Source: Patescibacteria group bacterium
GTDB taxonomy: Bacteria; Patescibacteriota; Patescibacteriia; XYB2-FULL-38-15
Reading direction: 5' to 3'
Length of the DNA stretch: 64,000 nucleotides
Assembly: GCA_041737355.1 (NCBI GenBank)
Contig: JBGSRW010000007.1
Coordinates: 10,556-74,555, forward strand
A program made the translations under genes and the position numbers. Shown here one piece after another: positions 58,173-64,000 of this stretch; within the stretch, counting starts at the first letter, position 1; every line of letters starts with the position of its first letter. Below the pieces are notes generated by a model, which was not told where the DNA came from, made no database searches, and saw nothing but the letters and a program-made list of their open reading frames with translations.

Positions 58173-59138
58173 TTATTCCACTCGCCACTCTTCCCCTATT
58201 TTAACCAATTTTCCGGGAATGGTAAAACCTGCCGCTTTGGCGTGTCCACCTCCGCCGAAAGCCTTGGCTAAACGCGAAACATCAATTCCCGGAGTAGTTG
58301 TTCTGAAGCTTCCTTTGATTTTTCCGTCTTCAAGGGCCTTCAGGACCAAAACTATCTTCGCTCCCTTTAAATTATTCAAAAAATTGGTTACTCCTTCGAG
58401 CGCTTCTTCGCCCAAATTGGCCAAACTTAAGTCGTCTTTGGTAATGACGGTTGTTACGAATCCGAGCGACTTGTTCTCGGTCAGGCGGGAGAGAATTTCC
58501 CCCCAGAATTTCAAGACAGAGAGGGATTTATTCTTCAAAACATTGGTTGAGATTTCGCCCAGGCGGGCGCCTTTTGCCAAAAGTTCTCCGGCCGCCTCAA
58601 GCGAGGCGAAAGTCGTGGCCGGGTTGCTGAAATTTGCCGTGTCGGTAATAAGGCCGGTCAGGAGGCAGGTTGCCGTATCCTTGTCGATAAGGAAGCCATA
58701 CTCTTTCAGGATGTTAAAAATAATTTCTACGGTTGAAGACGACTCCGGGTCGACAATGTTTATCAGGCCGAAATTTTCATTGGTCTGGTGATGGTCGATA
58801 TTTATGATGGAAAAGTTTTCCGGCAGAGCGCGGAGCTCTTTTTCCAATCCGGTCTGCTTGAGGTCGCCGCAGTCCAAAATAACAATTAAATCAAAAGCCT
58901 GTAAATTAATTTTTTCCGGTTCGCTTCGAACTTTTTGCCGTCCGGGCAGAAAATCAGCGGTCGGGGTGACCGGACCAAGGGAAAAAACGGTATTTTCTTT
59001 TCCCAGTCCATCCAGAAAATTGGAAAAAGCCAAACTGGATCCGAGGGCGTCGCCGTCGGGTTTTTGGTGGGTCAAGACGAGAATATTTTTTGCCCCAATA
59101 ATTAGTTGTTTAATTTTATTGATTGTCAGTTGGTTCAT
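58173..59138 (-). CDS. DHH family phosphoesterase (NrnA-like)
   Basis: H..PDGDALGS, LDC, IDHH, TDT..F, GGGGH..AAG. Confidence 0.92.
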   Translation of the reverse strand: MNQLTINKIKQLIIGAKNILVLTHQKPDGDALGSSLAFSNFLDGLGKENTVFSLGPVTPTADFLPGRQKVRSEPEKINLQAFDLIVILDCGDLKQTGLEKELRALPENFSIINIDHHQTNENFGLINIVDPESSSTVEIIFNILKEYGFLIDKDTATCLLTGLITDTANFSNPATTFASLEAAGELLAKGARLGEISTNVLKNKSLSVLKFWGEILSRLTENKSLGFVTTVITKDDLSLANLGEEALEGVTNFLNNLKGAKIVLVLKALEDGKIKGSFRTTTPGIDVSRLAKAFGGGGHAKAAGFTIPGKLVKIGEEWRVE

Positions 59139-59469
59139 TTTTGACTTGGTTTATCAGGTTTTCCACGACCGCAGCCCGGGCTTCGCCCGTGTCAACTTTA
59201 AAGGTAATTTTAGGAACGAATTTGGTGGACATTTTTTTGAATAATTTTCTTTCAAATTCCCGAAGGGATCTGATGGCGACTTTCATGGCTTGGGGGGTGA
59301 ATCTTTCCGGCAAAACCGAAAGCCAGACCTGGGCATATTTCAGATCGGGGGTAACTTTTGCCCGGGTAATGGTAACAAGGCATTCAAGAGGAAACTCAAC
59401 CTCCCGGCTGAAAAATTCGCTCATTTCCCGGATAATGTATTCGTCCAATTGTTCTGTTCTTAACGACAT
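59116..59469 (-). CDS. rbfA: Ribosome-binding factor A
   Basis: VTIT...VTPDL..A.V.LS, VP.ITF..D. Confidence 0.88.
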   Translation of the reverse strand: MSLRTEQLDEYIIREMSEFFSREVEFPLECLVTITRAKVTPDLKYAQVWLSVLPERFTPQAMKVAIRSLREFERKLFKKMSTKFVPKITFKVDTGEARAAVVENLINQVKNEPTDNQ

Positions 59470-59552
59470 AAAAAGATAATTTATGAATAACCTATCTTAA
59501 TACTATCACGAAATCTTGTCAAAGGCAGGAGTAAATTGTAGAATATATCAAT

Positions 59553-61787
59553 ATGTACTTACAGAAATTGGAAATTCAAGGATTCAAGTCTTTCGCCAAT
59601 AAGACCGTTTTGGAATTTACCCCGAAAAGCAAAGATAAAAAAAGCATTACCGCGGTCGTCGGGCCGAACGGTTCGGGAAAATCCAATGTGGCCGACGCGA
59701 TCCGCTGGGTGCTTGGCGAGCAGAGTTTGAAATTGCTCCGGGGAAAGAAATCGGAAGATGTGATTTTTTCCGGCTCCCCCAAAAAACCGCGGATGGGTTT
59801 TGCCGAGGTTTCATTATATTTAAATAATGAAGACGGCCAAGCCCCGATTGATTACCGTGAAGTGGTTTTGACCCGCCGGGTATATCGGGACGGTGAAGGC
59901 GAATATTTGATCAACAAAAACAAGGTCCGGCTTTCCGATGTCTTAATGCTTTTGGCCCAGTCAAACTTCGGCCAAAAAAATTACAGCATTATCGGCCAGG
60001 GCCAGGTTGACGCGATTCTCTTGGCTACTCCTCTTGAGCGCAAAGAATTTTTTGATGAAGCTACGGGCGTTGAGCAGTACCAAATTAAGCGCCTTCAGGC
60101 TTTGAATAAACTTAGGGCGAGTGAAGAAAATTTGGGGCAAGCGGCGACACTTTTCGCCGAAATTGAGCCGCGCGTCCGGTCGCTTTCCCGCCAAATGAAA
60201 CGGCTCGCCGAAAGGAGCAAGACAGAAGGCGAACTTAGGGATTTGCAAAAAAAATATTACGGCCATCTTTGGCGCGACGTAAACGGCAAAATGAAACAGG
60301 AAGACGACAGGACAAGTCCGCTTTTGGCCAAGAAAAAAATATTAGAAGAAGCTGTCGCCGAAACGGAGGGAAAGCTGCGGGCCATAGAGAAAGATCATCC
60401 TTCGTCCGGTATTTTCAGGCAGTTTCAGGAAGAGTACGAGAAATTATTCGAGGAAAAAAACCGTCTGCGCGAGCGCGACATGATGGTAAAAAATAAAATT
60501 GCCCTGAGCCAGCATGTGGAAATGGTGCGGCCGATGGCGATGCCTGCCGGAGAAGTTGAGGCGGCAATTGAAAATTTTTATGGGAAATACGAAATATTTG
60601 TAGGAAAATTGGTTAAGGCCAAGGGCGTCGACGAATTGACGGTGCTGCAAAAAGAAGCGGAAGTTTTACGCCGGGAATTCCAGGAATTTTTTGATAAGCT
60701 CAAGCGCCGGCCGGCAAAAAGCGAGGCGGCGAAAGTCGACCCTGGTCTCGAGAAAGAGTTGCAAAAAATAGCCGAAGAAGTCGAAAAAATAAACCGGGCG
60801 CTTACCGAGGTTCAGGTAAAGCTGGAAAATTTCAACCGCGAACAGGAAGCCGAAAGACGGGGGCTTTTTGATCTGCAACGCGCCTTGCAGCAAAAGCAGC
60901 ATGAACTTTACGTCTTGACTTCGGAAATTAACGCGATTCAAGTTGAAAACGCCGGAATGGCCGCCCGCCGCGAAGATTTGGAACGGGAAATTATGCAGGA
61001 ACTCGGAAGTATGGCCGAACTTGCCGGAGACGGAAGTTTTGAGCCGGATTGGCCCGAGAAAATTTTCCGCTTGAAGCACCAGCTTGAATTGATCGGCGGG
61101 ATCGATCCGGAAATTGAAAAAGAATATGGCGAAACAAATACCCGTTATGAATTTTTAAAAACCCAAATTGCCGATTTACGCGGGGCGATCGAATCGCTAA
61201 TGAAGGTCGTCCGCGAGCTGGATGGGATTATCAAAAAACAATTTGATTCTACTTTTAACAAAATAAACGATGAGTTCGGAAAATATTTTAAAATTCTTTT
61301 TGGCGGAGGCAAGGCGCAGCTGCTTTTAAAAAAAGAAACCAAAGAGGAAGAAGGGCCGGAAATTCTGGGCGAGGGTGAAATGCCGGTCGAGACCGAGACC
61401 GAGAAAACGAAATCGGAAGAATTTATAGCCGGAGTGGAAATAGAGGCGACTCCGCCGGGCAAACGGTTAAAAGGGGTTGGTATGCTCTCCGGCGGCGAAC
61501 GGGCCCTAACCTCGATTGCCCTTCTTTCGGCAATTATCGCTAACAACCCGGCGCCGTTCGTCGTTTTGGACGAAGTCGACGCGGCTCTTGATGAATCAAA
61601 CTCGGTGCGTTTCGCCGACATTATTGAGGAGCTGACGGGGAAAGCCCAGTTTATTTTGATTACCCACAACCGTGCGACCATGCATAAGGCCAGCGTGCTT
61701 TACGGAGTAACTATGGAGTCGGACGGCGTTTCAAGGCTTTTGAGCCTTAACCTTGAGGAAGCGGAAAAGGCAGTGGCAAAAACTTGA
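59553..61787 (+). CDS. smc: SMC-family ATPase, short (744 aa)
   Basis: GFKSFA, GPNGSGKSN, LRG....DVIF.G, LSGGE, LDEVDAALD, ITH; no recognisable hinge. Confidence 0.85.
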   Translation: MYLQKLEIQGFKSFANKTVLEFTPKSKDKKSITAVVGPNGSGKSNVADAIRWVLGEQSLKLLRGKKSEDVIFSGSPKKPRMGFAEVSLYLNNEDGQAPIDYREVVLTRRVYRDGEGEYLINKNKVRLSDVLMLLAQSNFGQKNYSIIGQGQVDAILLATPLERKEFFDEATGVEQYQIKRLQALNKLRASEENLGQAATLFAEIEPRVRSLSRQMKRLAERSKTEGELRDLQKKYYGHLWRDVNGKMKQEDDRTSPLLAKKKILEEAVAETEGKLRAIEKDHPSSGIFRQFQEEYEKLFEEKNRLRERDMMVKNKIALSQHVEMVRPMAMPAGEVEAAIENFYGKYEIFVGKLVKAKGVDELTVLQKEAEVLRREFQEFFDKLKRRPAKSEAAKVDPGLEKELQKIAEEVEKINRALTEVQVKLENFNREQEAERRGLFDLQRALQQKQHELYVLTSEINAIQVENAGMAARREDLEREIMQELGSMAELAGDGSFEPDWPEKIFRLKHQLELIGGIDPEIEKEYGETNTRYEFLKTQIADLRGAIESLMKVVRELDGIIKKQFDSTFNKINDEFGKYFKILFGGGKAQLLLKKETKEEEGPEILGEGEMPVETETEKTKSEEFIAGVEIEATPPGKRLKGVGMLSGGERALTSIALLSAIIANNPAPFVVLDEVDAALDESNSVRFADIIEELTGKAQFILITHNRATMHKASVLYGVTMESDGVSRLLSLNLEEAEKAVAKT

Positions 61788-61850
61788 CATTTAGGGAAGG
61801 TTTTGGCAAAATCACAACATAACTAAATTAACCGAAAATAACAACTATTT

Positions 61851-62186
61851 ATGCTTTCCATCCGATTATCGCGAACCGGAAAAAAGAACCAGCCGTCCTA
61901 TCGGTTGATTGTTTCTGAAAAAACCAAAGATCCTTGGGGTACCTACCTTGAGATTTTAGGGCATTATAATCCGCGGAGCGAAGCTAAAATCGTCGACCTG
62001 AAAGAAGACAGATTGAAATACTGGATAGGAAAAGGTGCGCAGCTTTCCGCTACGGTCAACAATCTTCTTGTGACCGCGGGCGTTATCGCCACAAAAAAAA
62101 TGAAAGTTCAGCGGAGAAAAAAGGTTAAAGGAGCCGAGGTGGCAAAACCGGCTGAAGCGCCAAAGGCCGAAGCCCCAAAAGCTTAG
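61851..62186 (+). CDS. rpsP: 30S ribosomal protein S16
   Basis: IRL.R.GKK..P.YR, E.LG.YNP, W...GAQ.S.TV. Confidence 0.95.
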   Translation: MLSIRLSRTGKKNQPSYRLIVSEKTKDPWGTYLEILGHYNPRSEAKIVDLKEDRLKYWIGKGAQLSATVNNLLVTAGVIATKKMKVQRRKKVKGAEVAKPAEAPKAEAPKA

Positions 62187-62293
62187 GGATTGACTTTTTT
62201 TTAAGAAAATGATATCTTTAAAATATAAATAGCTGTACTGTGCCAAGGTCGAGCAGTAGGAAGGCTATTCTACACTTAACAAGACTGAAACGT

Positions 62294-62620
62294 ATGGCAG
62301 AACGAGACCAAGAGTTCGTTGAATACATCGTCAGAGGGATCGTCAATCATCCGGAAGACGTCAAGACCGAAAGAACGGTCGACGAAATGGGAGTTTTAAT
62401 CACTCTCAAAATTCATCCGGAAGATATGGGCTACGTGATCGGCAAGCAGGGTCAAACCGCTCGCTCGATCAGAACCCTTCTGAAGATCGTCGGTGCGAAG
62501 GAAAAAGCCAGAGTCAATTTGAAGATCTATGAACCGGAAGGTTCACGGATGAATCGAAGAGGCCCGGCTCCTACTACCTCCGATGTTGATACTTCTGATG
62601 TCGATGAGTTAAAAATCTAA
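62294..62620 (+). CDS. khpA: KH domain RNA-binding protein KhpA
   Basis: Start MAERD; DMG.VIGKQG.TA.SIRTL; located between rpsP and trmD. Confidence 0.88.
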   Translation: MAERDQEFVEYIVRGIVNHPEDVKTERTVDEMGVLITLKIHPEDMGYVIGKQGQTARSIRTLLKIVGAKEKARVNLKIYEPEGSRMNRRGPAPTTSDVDTSDVDELKI

Positions 62621-62715
62621 AATTTCGACATACAAAAATAACGCGCCACAAAATGGCGCGTTATTTTATTTATTAAGGCCTCGACAAAAAGACACAAAAA
62701 CAATATAATATCACT

Positions 62716-63378
62716 ATGATTAATTTTGATATTATAACAATTTTCCCCAAAATTTTTGACTCTTATTTTTCCGAGAGCATTGTTTCGCGCGCCCAAAAAA
62801 ATAAGCTGATAAAGATAAATATTCACGATTTACGGAAGCGGACGATCGATCAACGAAAGACGGTCGACGATAAACCCTACGGCGGAGGCCCTGGCATGGT
62901 CATGAAAATTGAACCGCTCACCAAGGCGCTCCGTACGATGAAGAAAAATAAAAAAACCAAAGTAATTTTATTCTCTGCCGGAGGGAAACAGTTTGATAAC
63001 GCGGTGGCGGCTGATTTGGCAAAAAAAGATGATCATCTGATTTTGATCTGCGGCCATTACGAAGGGGTGGATGAACGGATAAAAAAAGTAATTAAAGATT
63101 TGGGGTTTGATTTTTCGGAAATTTCCATCGGGCCGTATGTATTGACCGGTGGCGAACTGCCGGCCATGGTTTTAACCGACGCGGTGGCCCGGCAAATCCC
63201 CGGCGTTTTGGGAAAAACCGAATCGCTTGAAGAAAAGCGTCTTGGCGTCGGCGTGCCGGCCTACACCCGGCCGGAAATTTTCACCCTGAAGGGTAAAAAA
63301 TATCCCGTGCCAAAGGTTTTATTGTCGGGTGATCACAAGAAAATCGAAGAGTGGAGAAGGGGCCGGTTAGGAAGGTAA
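62716..63378 (+). CDS. trmD: tRNA (guanine-N1)-methyltransferase
   Basis: VDDKPYGGGPGMV, CGHYEGVDER, SIG.YVL.GGE, YTRP, VP.VLLSG.H. Confidence 0.96.
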   Translation: MINFDIITIFPKIFDSYFSESIVSRAQKNKLIKINIHDLRKRTIDQRKTVDDKPYGGGPGMVMKIEPLTKALRTMKKNKKTKVILFSAGGKQFDNAVAADLAKKDDHLILICGHYEGVDERIKKVIKDLGFDFSEISIGPYVLTGGELPAMVLTDAVARQIPGVLGKTESLEEKRLGVGVPAYTRPEIFTLKGKKYPVPKVLLSGDHKKIEEWRRGRLGR

Positions 63379-63410
63379 AGTACGGTGTGGAAAAGGTGTG
63401 GAAAAGCCCC

Positions 63411-63543
63411 TTGACACAAAAAATGAAAGGCGTTAAAATATACTTGTTCTATAGAGTTGTCGCGTTTTTTGCTTTATTCTTAAAGAAAAAACTGCCAAAC
63501 ATACATCTAGAAAATTGACAACTTAAAAGGTACGATGTAATAT
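63411..63543 (+). promoter_or_regulatory. Tandem rrn promoters
   Basis: TTGACA-17 bp-TAAAAT at 63411 and TTGACA-17 bp-TAATAT at 63515. Confidence 0.7.
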
Positions 63544-63707
63544 ATTTTTGTCGCTAGAAATAGCGACATTTAATATCTCTTTGACAATATAATAAATTTA
63601 AGTTGACAACTTAAAGCAACAGAAAGTACGCCAATTTGTTTTGGTGCTCAACCAAAACACTCCGTCGAAAGACGGAGCCTTACGTATTTAAATTTCATTT
63701 AAATACT

Positions 63708-64000
<293 letters not shown>

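Noticed and set aside
63597-63680. Palindromes upstream of 16S
   Set aside because: Consistent with ordinary rRNA leader and processing stems.

Overview
This window is a bacterial chromosomal segment that looks like Patescibacteria/CPR (inferred from leaderless-style AT-rich gene starts, a VirB2-like pilin array and a short SMC; not verified). It spans the probable replication origin between dnaN and dnaA and ends in the 5' part of a 16S rRNA gene. Core genes: ruvB, typA, galU, rpoB, rpoC, yebC, ruvC, PBP1A, dnaN, dnaA, yidD, rnpA, rpmH, tig, clpP, rbfA, smc, rpsP, khpA, trmD and tRNA-Ser(CGA). There is also an alpha-glucan cluster (GH15, glgA, two GH57, phosphotransferase, PHP, ROK). The most notable accessory signals are: (1) five scattered GC-rich mini-operons (a diguanylate cyclase, three lipoproteins, three unknown proteins), each with its own sigma70 promoter, hairpin terminator and strong Shine-Dalgarno, in a genome whose core genes lack SD motifs; (2) an AT-rich defence island between yebC and ruvC in which one nuclease-like gene is packaged like a cassette by TG...CA inverted repeats and 27-bp G-rich direct repeats; (3) nine tandem VirB2/TrbC-like pilins with interchangeable Cys-rich or Ala-rich N-terminal domains, downstream of an orphan sugar-binding protein; (4) structured leaders before rpoB and tRNA-Ser, and DnaA-box-like pairs at 11-bp spacing before the rpoBC, tig and rrn promoters. 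All calls were made by eye from the sequence and ORF track; no searches were run.
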